Assembly (NCBI RefSeq): GCF_009914755.1
Contig: NC_060925.1
Length of the DNA: 64,000 nucleotides
Reading direction: 5' to 3' (one strand)
Source of the DNA: the human T2T-CHM13v2.0 reference genome, Homo sapiens
The translations under genes were made by a program, and so were the position numbers. Below the pieces are notes generated by a model. The model was not told where the DNA came from, ran no database searches, and saw only the letters and a list, made by a program, of their open reading frames with translations. Shown one piece after another: positions 12,400 through 25,110 of this stretch. Within the stretch, counting starts at the first letter, position 1. The number at the start of each line of letters is the position of its first letter.

Positions 12400-12635
12400 A
12401 AAGATAATCAGAGTACTTACCCTACAGGTTCCTTTTAAGACTTTACATGTCTTACTTATTTCAGTTTATTTCAGTACTTACACTGTGTTCAGTTTTTGTT
12501 ATCAGAAGGTGATTGTGTAATTACATTAGGGTTGGTTGGGATGCTCAGAAGAATCATTTTGCTGTTGCCTTTTTAAAGTGGAGCCCAGTGGAGCAAGTAC
12601 TATCTGGTAAGTACTCTGGTTATCTTTACAGATGA

Positions 12636-12638
<3 letters not shown>
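12400..12638. other. Mosaic templated insertion built from 15021-15115 (both orientations) and 10621-10740
   Basis: Segment-by-segment matches are listed in the findings. Confidence 0.88.
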
Positions 12639-12673
<35 letters not shown>

Positions 12674-12802
12674 ACATATATATATATAACATCATATATA
12701 TATATAACATCATATATATAACATCATATAACATCATATATATATAACATCATATATATATACCATCATATATATATATATATGCACACACACACACACA
12801 CA
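12639..12802. repeat. (CA)n, (TA)n and degenerate tatataacatca tandem units
   Basis: Directly visible; about 5 aacatcatata-type units between CA tracts. Confidence 0.9.
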
Positions 12803-13039
12803 GCAGTTAAGGATGCATGTTGTAAATTGAAGATTGAAGAACCTGATGTATTCTAGCAACAAATAAATTGAAAAGATAAAGAAAAAACAGAGGCAGTGGT
12901 GATAGAAGACACAAAATGAGCAAAATAGTGGTAACTGTGAAAGTTGGGTCATAGGTGCATAGTAATTCACTATATGATTCTACTTTTAGGTATGTTTGAA
13001 AATTTTCTATTAGACATCTAACAAATGATATTTATGGGC

Positions 13040-13143
13040 ACCCCACTCCAGTATCAAGATCACCAGGAGTGGATCCCTGGAATCTGCATTCTTAAACAGT
13101 TCCCCAGGTGATTCTTATGTGCTCTATGATTTAAGAACCACTG
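13040..13143. mobile_element. MER5A-type fragment
   Basis: ggaatctgcattcttaaacagttccccaggtgattcttatgtgc...tttaagaaccactg. Confidence 0.7.
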
Positions 13144-13429
13144 TTGAGATTTAAGATGTCAGGATAATTTCTGTAATAAATTTGTCTCTCCCCAAACAAC
13201 AATTGCTGCTGTTGGAGATGTCCAAGAAAAATCTTAACTTCAGGGATGAAAATATCAACACATCAATCTCAAAGATGAAAAACACTAGCAGGAATTCTGC
13301 CACACAGCAGAGCCCAGTTACATTGTGGGGACATAAATCTGATCTATTTCATGAAATAGAAGTCACGTTTTTAGAAATTACCTACTTTTTATTCCTAATG
13401 CAATAAAAGATGACATTGTCTCTATTGAG

Positions 13430-13990
13430 CAAAAGCAGACCTGGATAAGAAGAGCATGCTACATAATGAAAATGACAATAACTGAAATAAAAGTCTCATT
13501 TGAAAGTAGTAAAAAGCAGACCTGACATTGCAGATAATCAAATCAGCCATACCCAGAATACTGAGAAAATGAAATCATGGATTTTAAAAATGACTCAAAA
13601 TATAATTGGCATAGAACTCAGTCATGAAGATAAAACCTATAGACTCAACAAATGGATCAAAATTAATCATTAAAGTTATAACAAAATGTATTTCTGAATT
13701 CTGGGGATAAAAAGACCCCAAAATATTTGAGTTTATTATATCTCAAGTAATGCTAGTAGTCAGGGTAATGACACCAACTGTATCTTGTTATAATTTTTAA
13801 ATTATTGGAGATAGTGATGATGAATTCCATGTCTCAGAGCAGGAAAGTCACTACTTCGACAGGAGTAAAAGTTACCTTTTTTCGAAGTTCTCATCTGCAC
13901 TATCATAGACCTTAAGACAACGAAGCAACTCTAGTATTTCTGGGGTGAGGACAAGGAAATACTGAGTTGTTATTCATATAAAAAGAAATC
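13430..13990 (+). mobile_element. Old L1/HAL1 ORF1-like remnant
   Basis: aatgacaataactgaaataaaagtctcatttgaaag...aaaagcagacctgacattgcagataatcaaatcag resembles the coiled-coil-coding part of ORF1. Confidence 0.4.
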
Positions 13991-14789
13991 ATATGATAGG
14001 TAACATAGCAGAGAATATGCCATCCAAGAAGCTGTTTTGCCAAAGTTATTCACACATACAGTTAAAGTCACTGAAGGAGAAATCAAGAAAAGGGTCTTAC
14101 ATCTTTTGACTCTTATTTTATGATAATATTCTATTGCATCAATCCTAAATTTAACTTTTCCTCCCACTTATTTTGTCATCACTGAAGTCAGGATGCAATC
14201 AATAGTGTCCTACAGTTGAACTTTGACAGGTGGCAGTTGTGACATAGTTGTCATTGCCTGCACATGCACACATCTGGCTGCAGCTCCTGTTGATGTGACT
14301 GAACAAGGGCAACCCCTTGATGCCTCAAATGAACCATTTCAGCATGATTGGAGAAAGGAATATGAGTTGTGATTCTTGCCTGAAAACCTTCTACTGGCAT
14401 CCTCTAGGAAGATCAAGAAAATATAAGCACCAAACTTACAAAATGGTGTTAGCAGCTTGGGAGAAAAACCCTGCAGATGGTAAAAAGCACTTTGTGAAGA
14501 ATGTTGCTTTGGACTATGGGTACATATGGGTAGTGTTGCCTTGGGTTATGGGTACATTATGCTATTCTCTCTGTTATTCTTGGAAAGTTTTTGAAATTAA
14601 AAGTCTTTTTAAAAATCAGAAGAAGAAGAAAGCAGGGAGAAAGCAAAAGGAGATAATGCATTCCTAATGCTCCTGATTGTCCAGATGATATTGAATAGAA
14701 AAGCACTGAGATGGACATGTGGACAACTCAAAGTTGCAAAGAGATACAGCAAAGTCAGTCTAACCAACTAAATATATATGTTTCTTTTA

Positions 14790-14992
14790 ATATATGAACA
14801 AGAGTGGTGTCTGATGCAAATCTGTACTTAGGTCATGTACTTAGGTCTGTACTTAAAAATCAAGTATAAAATAAAAATTGTAATAACAAAGCATTATGTC
14901 ATAGTTTAATTTGAAGCGTTTTTTTTCTTCCTTCGTAGCACATACAGTGGTACTTCTCAAAATCAATGGTGTAGTGGATTTTATGAACTATA
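14790..14992. mobile_element. Kanga1/MER104-like TcMar-Tc2 DNA transposon terminal fragment
   Basis: gtcatagtttaatttgaagcgttttttttcttccttcgtagcacata...aatcaatggtgtagtggattttatgaactatag resembles the MER104 terminus. Confidence 0.55.
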
Positions 14993-14997
14993 GAAAT

Positions 14998-15240
14998 AAC
15001 TATTATTTTTTAGGCACTTGCTATCTGGTCACAGTTTTAAGGACTTTACGTATCTTATTTATTTCTTAAATGGACCCTGTAGGGTAAGTACTCTGACTAT
15101 CTTTACAGATGAGGAGATTGAAACACGAGAAGCTTAAGTAATGTGTCCAGTATCTCACAGCTAGTAAGCAGCAGAGCCAACATTCAAATCCAGACAGTCT
15201 GACACCAGTGTCCAAGCCTGTCACTACTATATCAGTGCCT
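14998..15240 (-). mobile_element. MIR SINE, near full length; donor of the templated pieces at 12400-12638
   Basis: tttacagatgaggagattgaaacacgagaagcttaagtaa...tcacagctagtaagcagcagagccaacattcaaatccagacagtctgac. Confidence 0.85.
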
Positions 15241-15379
15241 CAGAATGACTCTAGACTGGGGGCATCATTGTGATCGCTTTATGAATGTACAGATAAGCAA
15301 CTAAGGCCAGGAGAAGTTAAGCAGCCTGACAAGAAGTGTGCGGTATAGTGGATAGACTGTAATCTAATCTTGTTCTATG

Positions 15380-15416
15380 TATACACACATACACACACAC
15401 ACACAGACACACACAC
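15380..15416. repeat. (CA)n microsatellite
   Basis: Directly visible. Confidence 0.9.
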
Positions 15417-18400
15417 TTCCCATTATTGCCACCATTGGAAGCAAAATTGAAGAAAACAGATACAGTACATTTTAAAAGAGAGATTGTTGGCTGTTGGTTT
15501 ATGTTATTTAATCATAACAACAGTGCTTCATGGCCGTTGCCATTTTCCTTTGTGTAACAGCTGTAGAAATGAATTCTATAGAGCACAAGAAACTTGTGGC
15601 CATTTCCAGAACTCTTCTGTAGCAAAACAAGAATGCGGACCGAGGCATATTTGCCCCTAAAGCCCCATCATCTTTGATTTTTCAAAAATAATTAAACGCA
15701 CGTACTGACGCTGAAAGGAAGAGTGTTGCTAAGCAGAGGTTGCACACTGGCAGCTTGCAGTTTGAATTTTGCCTATAGATGTGGTTGGCTCGTCACATGC
15801 CACGTTTTCTTTAAAAATCATGTTAATTTTTAAATACTGAGAGGTCACCTAAAATCTGGATTTTTGCAGCTTCTCTTGAAAAATGAGAGAATTTGGCAAT
15901 ATTACATCTGAATCCCTGCATGACAGTAACAGCTGGAGCTGAGTAGCCATTGCTTCCCTAATCTAGTTCCCCAGTTCACCTCTGCGCCAACACTCAATTA
16001 TTCTTTTACACAGGTTGACTCTGCCTGCCTGGCTTTTAGTTGGTGACCTCACATCTAAATGGCTATTATAATTAAGACAGCTATTTACTTCAAAACAATA
16101 CGCTTTGACAGTTGCAAGCAAGTATAAAAATTTGTAAGTTAGAAGGAGCAGTGAGATCTGTTTTGTGATATCCAGAATTATATGTGGTAGTCCTTTCACA
16201 GAGAATTCAGTTCAAGCAAGTGATTCATCTCTTCTTTTTTAAAGTTGATTGTAGTATTTATGTCTCCAGAATTTTAAAAAATTTACATTTTACTTTCACA
16301 TTTTAAGATCCTGAATACAGAGTTAATGTTAACATTTTAAGACTTAGTAACTAATTACAATTGGATACTTAAATGTTAATAATATTCACGAGAATCCAGA
16401 TTATATGTTTAAAATGTATGTCAGCAAACTTATTTCGAGAGAATTTTAAGGGCTGTGGAGAAAAGAGATTTATAAATTCAAATAATTGCAGTGTCTGAAT
16501 AGATTCTTTCCTTTTTTCTTTTTTTCTACCTAAAAGCTTATGACTTTTTGACATCAGTACTTTATTTTACTTAAAAAATTCTATATCTGACCCTAAGTAG
16601 TTATCAATATTAGAAAAAAAAGTAATGCTGATTTCTATACAAAAGACTTATCTATGAACAAATGATTAGTATATTGCTTTAAAAAATTTAATAACAATAA
16701 CAATCCTATGTAATGTTTAGATTTATTTTGATTATTAATTTGAAGGGGCATACATTTACATTATCTTTAAAAGACTTCATATGCTATTGTTCAAGTTGAT
16801 ACTGGTACTTACCACTAACAGTTCACAGTGGCTAAGAGTGGTACTATAGGAGGCTAAAATTATTCCTGGACAAACAGAAAGAAACACAAACAGAGGAGGA
16901 ATGTGGAACAGCCTCCAAGATAGACTAAAGTTACACTGTGATAGGGAATATCCACCTAAAACATGATCTCCTCCTCCTCCTGGCTGACTTCAAACCCATC
17001 TAATGTGTACTTCATCAGTAGAATGTAGGGAACATGCACCCTCAATATGTTTACATTTATTTATATAAAAATTCAATAAATTTTCCACTGCAGTAATGTA
17101 TGTCATACATTATAAAGCATATCCTAATAAGAAATTTTAAAGGATGAGATAACAAAAGTAGAAATAGATGTTCCAGTTTTTTCCTCAACTCCCATAATGG
17201 ACTACTTTGTTCCTTCTTCTTCATTGTGATCATCCCAGTTCTTTTCCAAATTCTATTCTACGCAACACAAGTTCAACGTCATTTTAATAAGAATTCCATG
17301 AGAAAGAGTTTCATTTTCAAGTAAGTTTGGGAAATATTAGGTTAAAATTAGATAGGTTTTCTTGTTGTGTGACTTCTCATCTTTAATACAGAATCCTGTT
17401 GTGAATCTTTATGAGGGAGAGCGTCTATATGGCTAATACTCCTCCAAGATCTCTGGGAAATCCTGCTGTGTTCAAGTTTTCTGAAAATCATCTTTGCTTG
17501 CTGTTTGCCAGCTCTTTCCATAGGGTCTCCACTTAATCCCAGGAAGATCCTGGTAAACATTTCCAACCTCTTTATATTACAAACCTTTCATCTCACTAAA
17601 CTTTCCCTTATTTCCTAGGACCAACGTCCACCCCTTTGTACTCAGAACCTAAGATCTTTTTGGATAAGCCCTACTCAGGTCTTAGCTTTTGCCCTTCTCT
17701 TGTCCATGTACGTGGAGTACCATGGCCTTTCACAAAACTTGCTAGCATAGCTTCACTACAGTTTCTAGGATGAATCCTGGCTTTGGGTCAAAGAGAATTA
17801 AGATAGGTCTGCCCCATAATTTGGGACTCATCACAAATTCACTCTTCCTGCTTGATCTTGATCATGTACAGGAACACTTATTCTGATAACCTTCTAGTTC
17901 ATAGGACCCAGTCCCCACTTTGTTCTCCATTGATAACCAGGTTACCGCTCACCTGCTTGGCACCTGTCCATTTCAAGAAAAATATTATTATTATTATAAA
18001 TACTATCATTGTTTTAGACAAAAGCAAAACTTGGGCCTGTTTTACAATTCAATAAAATCAAACATTTGTGTTTGATTTGAGGGTCAAAGATGTACATTTT
18101 TTTTCAGCTTTAGTATTTTTTTAAAGTATTGCTCAGTAGTGAGTCTTAATATATGTCAGAATAGTACAGTTGAAAAATAATATTGACCCACTTTAGTATT
18201 ATGAATGTGAATCCTCATAATTAACTTCTTTTGTTTTTGTTTTCTACCTTTTTTATGGCATCAACATACCAGAATGAACAGAGGCAGTCTTTCTTGGAGA
18301 AATATTTCTTTTTAGAGGCAAGACCACAGATGACTTACAGACATATCCCTTACTTTTCTAAGCTAGCTTGGTATTTTGTTTTGTTTTATATTTCTTTTGC

Positions 18401-19208
18401 TACAATAGTAAAATATGGTTTGGCCATCAGATGCTAATAAATTATGGCACTTAAAATGTGGCAACATTTGTTTTAAAGCTTAGGCTATTCGCCACTCAAT
18501 ACGTAGTGTAAATATTTCCCCCTACCTTCCTACCCTGTAGGTTCATGAGCCATCAAATACTGTAGTAAAACAATACTGATCCTGCAGCAAGATATAAAAG
18601 AAGGCTAGCAATAAGGACAATGTGATTTTATACTTTAATATCTAAGATTAGATCCTAAGTCCAATATAAAATAATCTCATATTTAAAATTCAATATCTTC
18701 TGACTTCCCAGTTCTGAAATCACTTGAGTAGACCAGTGCAATGCATTCAGGACAAGCAGGTTTTTTGCTGATATGGTCCTGAACTAATACTGAGGAAAAT
18801 TTGAAATTGCCTAAAATCAATCCTTATATTGGTCTCTGTTAGTGAGAGTTAACCACAGCAGATTAATGAGATTAGAAAGTGAGGAATAAAAGAGACATTT
18901 ATCCAATAATCTTAGCCATAGAGCATACTGACTACTAACTAAAAAGATTTATCCGACAAGTAAGAGTTTTTTTTTAATAGGAATCTATCCTGTGTTTCAA
19001 AAATTACAATGCAGATGCTAACACCTTAGTTCTACACTTAGCCCTTGTTTCATGAATAGATTTATCTTTTCCTTTTTCACTACATTTCTTTGCACTCTGT
19101 CATCAAACATTGATAAGTCTTAAAAGTACATTACTAGATTCTCTTCTCCACTTAAACTACTATCCCATTTTCCCTGCCTTCATTTTAACACTTCTCTAAT
19201 GAGTGTTT

Positions 19209-19515
<307 letters not shown>

Positions 19516-20260
19516 TCTAATGAGTGTTTTGAACCCCTGCCTCTTTTCAGAAAAAAAAAAAAATAGTAATTGCAGAATTCTCTAGTAAAATGACTTCTGC
19601 CTCAACAGCCTATTACAACAAGTATTTCCAAGGTCACTGACAACCACTTTCAAGACAAATCAAAAGATTTTTCTTACTCCTTATCTTCTTTAGAGTATCT
19701 GGCACTATTGATCACATACTTTTTTTTTTTCTTTTTCTTTCTGGCATTTTAAAATAATTTTTTTCTTTATTCTCTAGGATATGAATTGCCTTTTCATTTT
19801 TTGGAGGTCAGATTAAATTTTTATTTCTCTTCTAGTACACACATTCAACTATCTAGAGTGGCCCAAATTATATATAGTAACTCAAATTTGAGTTGTAAGC
19901 TGCCAATAAAATCAGTTGTAACTGAATTTGGTGTTTTCACATTTATGGCCAAATACATGAATTCTTCCTTTCTATAGAAGAGCTCATCAACCTCCTACAT
20001 GGTAGATTCAGGAGAGGCACTTCCAGAAAAAGTAACTCCATTTTCTACCCCTTCTAAATTCTATAAAAAACATATTACTACTGGGATTGAGAAATCTCCA
20101 ATTATTTTTCTGGACACACATAAATGATCCTTGTTGCAGTTTGATTCTTGGACATCCAGTTGATATTAATTTTCATGTAATTTATGATGAATTGTTTTGT
20201 CCTAGGGCTAATCTCTCTCTGTCCTTCCCAACCATGAAAAACACAAGGCTCAGAATGTTC

Positions 20261-21363
20261 TTTTTTTTTTTTTTTAATTATACTTTAAGTTCTGGGATAC
20301 ATACATGTGCAGAACATGCAGATTTGTTACATAGGTATACACATGCCATGGTCGTTTGCTGCACTCATCAACTCATCATCTACATTAGGTATTTCTTCTA
20401 ATGCTATCCCTCCCCTAGCCCTGCCACCCCCTGACAGGCCCTGGTGTATGATATTCCCCTCCCTGTGTCCATGTGTTCTCATTGTTCAGCTCCCACTTAT
20501 GAGTGAGAACATGTGGTGTTTGCTTTTCTGTTCCTGTGTTAGTTTGCTGAGAATGATGGTTTCCAGCTTTATCCATGTCCCTGCAAAGGACATGAATTTA
20601 TCTTTTTTTATGGCTGCATAGTATTCCATGGTGTGTATGTGCCATATTTTCTTTATCCAGTCTATCATTGATGGGCATTTGGGTTGGTTCCACATCTGTG
20701 CTATTGTGAACAGTGCTGCAATAAACATCCATGTGCATGTGTCTTTATAGTAGAATGATTTATAATCCTTTGGGTATATACCCAGTAATGGGATGGCTGG
20801 GTCAAATGGTATTTCTGGTTCTAGGTCCTTGAGGAATCGCCACACTGTCTTCCACAATGGTTGAACTAATTTACACTCCCACCAACAGTGTAATAGCCTT
20901 CCTATTTCTCCACATCCTCTCCAGCATCTGTTGTTTCCTGACTTCTTAATGATTGCCATTCTAACTGGCCTGAGATGTTATCTAATTGGGGTTTTCATTT
21001 GCATTTCTCTAATGACCAGTGATGATTAGCTTTTTTTTCATATGTTTGTTGGCCGCATAAATGTCTTCTTTTGAGAAGTGTCTGTTTATATACTTCACCC
21101 ACTTTTTGATGGGGTTATTTTTTTTTCTTGTAAATTTGTTTAAGTTCTTTGTAAATTCTAGATATTAGCCCTTTAATAGATGGATAGATAGATAGCAAAT
21201 ATTTTCTCCCATTCTGTAGGTTGCCTGTTCACTCTGATGATAGTTTCTTTTGCTGTGCAGAAGCTCTTTAGTTTAATTAGATCCCATTTGTCTATTTTGG
21301 CTTTTGTTGCCATTGCTTTTGGTGTTTAGGTCATGAAGTCTTTGCCCATGCCTATATCCAGAA
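20261..21363 (-). mobile_element. 5'-truncated primate L1 (L1PA, about PA7-PA8) 3' end, ~1.1 kb
   Basis: Poly(T) then aattatactttaagttctggga.... ORF 20486..20959(-) is the L1 ORF2 C-terminus ([37 protein letters not shown]). Confidence 0.95.
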
Positions 21364-21662
21364 CTTTTTATTGTTCTGTTTTTCATCTTAGGCTTTGTTT
21401 TCATCAGCTGATTATTTTTCATGCCTCCTGTACCTATGTTGTTATTTAATATTTTATTAATTAATTTACTTACCTATTTATTTTGTGAGCAAGCTTATCC
21501 CCTTTCCTGGACTACTGCTGGAAACAAACATTCAAGCACTCATTGGTGCTAAAGGCAAAGGCCTCTTCAGTCTAGGCTGTGAGAAGTAGAAAGCACCACT
21601 ATGATATTTCATTTGCCTAATTATTGTTTCTTTAATCACATCAGATTGATTACTTAAACTAC

Positions 21663-21963
21663 TACTATCCTATAGAAATATAATGTGTCTATATAAGTAA
21701 TTTTAAATTTAACAAAGGTAAAATGAAACAGGTAAAATAATTTTAATATGTTTTATTTAACCTAATATATTTAAAATATTATCATTTCAATATGCATCAG
21801 TATAAAGTTACTAGCGAGGTATTCTTACATTGTTTTCTTTTTGTACTAAGTCTTCAAAATCCAATGTGTAATTTATACTTACATCACATCTCATTTGGAC
21901 TAGCTACATTTCAAGTGTTCAGTACCTTCATGTGGCTCATGGCTCCCATATGGGACAACACAG
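21663..21963. mobile_element. MER33 hAT-Charlie DNA transposon
   Basis: gtactaagtcttcaaaatccaatgtgtaatttatacttac...ctagctacatttcaagtgttcagtacc...atgtggctcatggctcccatatgggacaacacag. Confidence 0.8.
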
Positions 21964-22000
21964 GGCTGAACTGTTAACATGACAAAAGAGTGGAAGTGGA

Positions 22001-22351
<351 letters not shown>

Positions 22352-22924
22352 CTATAAGTGACTTGGTTGTTTTCTAATGAATTAGCTACTTTAATCTATC
22401 TGGGAGTGAGACATAGTCTTCATTGTATACCTGGCCAACAGGGGCTCCGAAAGGTAGATCATTTCTCAAACTTGATTCAGCTCATAAAGTCAAAAGTGTG
22501 GATTCAGTCTTGTGTTTGGTCTTTTCTCACCTGAATTTTAATTACTCTGAATTCTGTGTTAGCTGGCAAGGCTGGGAGAATTGTGTTCTTTCTAATTTGT
22601 CCGTAGCTGCTACAACAGGTTTGATACTAAGAGATAGGTATGATAGTACAATCAGAGCCATTTGGGGGATGTTTTTATTTTGTCCACAAGAATATCTTGG
22701 GACCTTTTACAGTTACACCATAAATAGTAAAATTGCATTTTGCATTTAGATCTGTAAGAGAATGGCTTATTCTGTGTATTCTATGAAGAGATTAATTTTC
22801 ATGCCTCCATTTTATTAACTGAGTGCTGACCTATTAGGTGACACACTGGACCCTACAAAGGAGGCTTTTATAAGATGGCAAGCTGGGAAGATCATACATA
22901 AGAATAGCAATGATAGTGATGATG

Positions 22925-23100
22925 ATGATGATGCTAGTAATTTCTGACTTGTATTGAGACCTTACTATGTTCTAGGCACCATGTCAAGCTCTTTTTAAAT
23001 ATTAGTTCATTTAGTCCTCACAAAAACACTATGAAATGTGTAAAATTATTATTCATCTTGCATAGATGAGAAACTGAGACACAAAGAATTCACAGAGGGC
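22925..23100 (-). mobile_element. MIR SINE remnant
   Basis: tattgagaccttactatgttctaggcacc...catagatgagaaactgagacacaaaga. Confidence 0.65.
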
Positions 23101-23521
23101 TGGGATGCCAACTCTGAGAAAAGACAGTTTTGTGATCTTATTCATTATAGGAAAGACATATTTCCCAATAGAAAAATTATTTGTTCCAGTTGTCCAGACT
23201 TGAAAATGATGACTCCATCTTTGTCCAGTGCTAATGCTCCCATTCATCACTAGTTTCCATCTAACAAGGCTTATTTTTAACTTATTTCTAACTTCCTCCT
23301 ATTTTTACTGGTTTCTCTCTGTCTTCTAACACTTAGCCCTGTTCTCACTTCTACGTAAGCTGTTTTCCACTTGGCATTTGTCCTTGGCCTTCTAATCTCT
23401 AGTAACTACGTTGGGGAGGGTAACATACATTGTTCCTTCCTTGGGTTGAAATTCCCAGCTTTAGCCTCTTGTCAAAAATATTGTTGGGCCCACTTAGGTC
23501 CTTCAGAATATTCACAGCTCA

Positions 23522-24480
23522 TGTCTTTGCCCACTTTTAATAGTGTTTTTTTTTTTCTTGTAAATTCATCTAAGTTCCTTATAGATGCTGTATTAACCTT
23601 TGTCAGATGCATAGTTTGCAAATATTCTCTCCCATTCTGTATCAACTCTACTGATAGCTTCTTTGCTGTGCAGAAGCTCTTAAGTTTAATTAGATCCTGT
23701 TTGTCAATTTTTGCTTTTGTCGAGATTGTTTTTGGCATATTCATCATGAAATCTTTGCCTGTTCCTATGTCCAGAATGTTATTGCCTAGGTTGCTTCCAG
23801 GGTTTTTATAGTTTTGGGTTTTACATTTAAGTCTTTAATCCATCTTGAGTTGATTTTTGTGTATGGTGTAAGGAAGGGGTCCAGTTTCAATCTTCTGCAT
23901 ATGGCTAGCCAGTTATGCCAGCACAGTTTATTCAATAGGGAGTCCTTTCCCCATTGCTTGTTTTTGTCAGCTGTGGCAAAGATCAGATGGTTGTAGGTGT
24001 GTGGCCTTATTTCTGGGCTCTCTATTCTGTTCCATTGGTCTCTGTGTCTTTTTCTGCACCAGTGCCATACTGTTTTGGTTACTGTAGCCCTGTAGTATAG
24101 TGTGAAGTCAAGTAGTGTGATGCCTCCAGATTCGTTATTTTTGCTTAGGTTTGCTTTGGCTATTTAGGCTGTTCTTTTGGTTCCAAATGAATTTTAGAAT
24201 GTTTTTTCTAATTCTGTGAAATAATGTCACTGGTAGTTTGATATAAATAGCACTGCATCTGTAAATAGTCTTGGGCAATATGGCCATTTTAATAATATTG
24301 AATCTTCCTATTCATAAGTATGAATGTTTTTCCACTTCTTTGATCAATTTGTAATTCTCATTGTTGAGATCCTTCACCTCTCTGGTTAGCTGTATTTCTA
24401 GGCATTTTATTCTTTTCTTTTTGTGGAAATTGTGCATGGGATTGCGTACCTGATTGGGCTCTTTGCTTGACTGTTGTTGG
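23522..24480 (-). mobile_element. L1 (older primate L1PA/L1PB) ORF2 internal fragment
   Basis: ORF 23472..23747(-) contains [20 protein letters not shown]; ORF 24312..24500(-) contains IKCLEIQLTREVKDL. No poly(A) tail seen. Confidence 0.9.
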
Positions 24481-25019
24481 CTTATCACCATCATTTTCAC
24501 CGTCTTCCAGACATTACACGTTGATGTATTATTGGTTCTTTCTTTTCCTTTGTTCTCTACTTCCAGTCAAACTCTTGCTGAATCTTCCATCATCTTGCTC
24601 TTCATCAGTCCCTTGTTCTCACAACTAGATAATTAAAGCTAAATTCCTAACGGGCTTTCCTACCTCCAATCTATCCTCCTTTCATTTTATACTGCACTGC
24701 ATTTATCCACTATTTCTTAGGATGTCTCAGCCTGTGTCTTAGGCTTCAGTGGAAATAGAGTCACCAACTCTAGGCCAGTTCTGGACCCTTTCTGGCTCAC
24801 AATAGGGTCTCTTGATTTATAAACTCATGTTTGAGAATTAGGCAATATCTCTGTAAATAAAGAGAGAAGTCAAAGATAATGCTTCATCTTTGCTAGATAT
24901 TCCAAAAGTGACTCATGCAGCAGATACAGCATTTAATTAGAAGACATACAATTGATTCTTTAATTTTTGAGCAGTTTCATATTTTGTTAAACAGAAGAAT
25001 TAATTATAAAATAGTTTGT

Positions 25020-25110
25020 TTTACATTCACTTGTTTGCTCATCTTTTATTGACTATCTACTCTCTGCCAGGAATTTTGAAGGATACAAAAATGAATAAGA
25101 TGTGTCCAGG
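25020..25110 (-). mobile_element. L2 3'-terminal fragment
   Basis: cattcacttgtttgctcatcttttattgactatctactctctgccagg...ggatacaaaaatgaataagat. Confidence 0.55.

Larger units (their letters stand above)
11925..13012 (+). mobile_element. L1MC-type 3' UTR remnant, interrupted by AT-rich expansion, templated insertion and microsatellites
   Basis: acataacaaccaagtacaatgtatg...attagatgtgataatatcatt (11925-12090) and gagcaaaatagtggtaactgtgaaagttgggtcatagg...attctacttttaggtatgtttgaaaattttct (12915-13010) resemble L1MC4-like 3' ends. Confidence 0.6.

Noticed and set aside
12678-12770. tatataacatca units as a CRISPR-like array
   Set aside because: The units are separated only by variable (TA)n, not unique spacers, so this is ordinary slippage.
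14317-14667. 116-aa ORF (also 34244-34645, 22423-22749 and the other 60-110-aa ORFs)
   Set aside because: No recognisable domain, mostly non-ATG starts, and lengths expected by chance in 64 kb across six frames.
20486-20959. 157-aa ORF as a standalone gene
   Set aside because: It is the C-terminus of L1 ORF2 in a 5'-truncated copy with no promoter, endonuclease or RT.
23371-23996. 146-aa and 60-aa hydrophobic ORFs on the + strand
   Set aside because: Antisense reading of an L1 ORF2 fragment.
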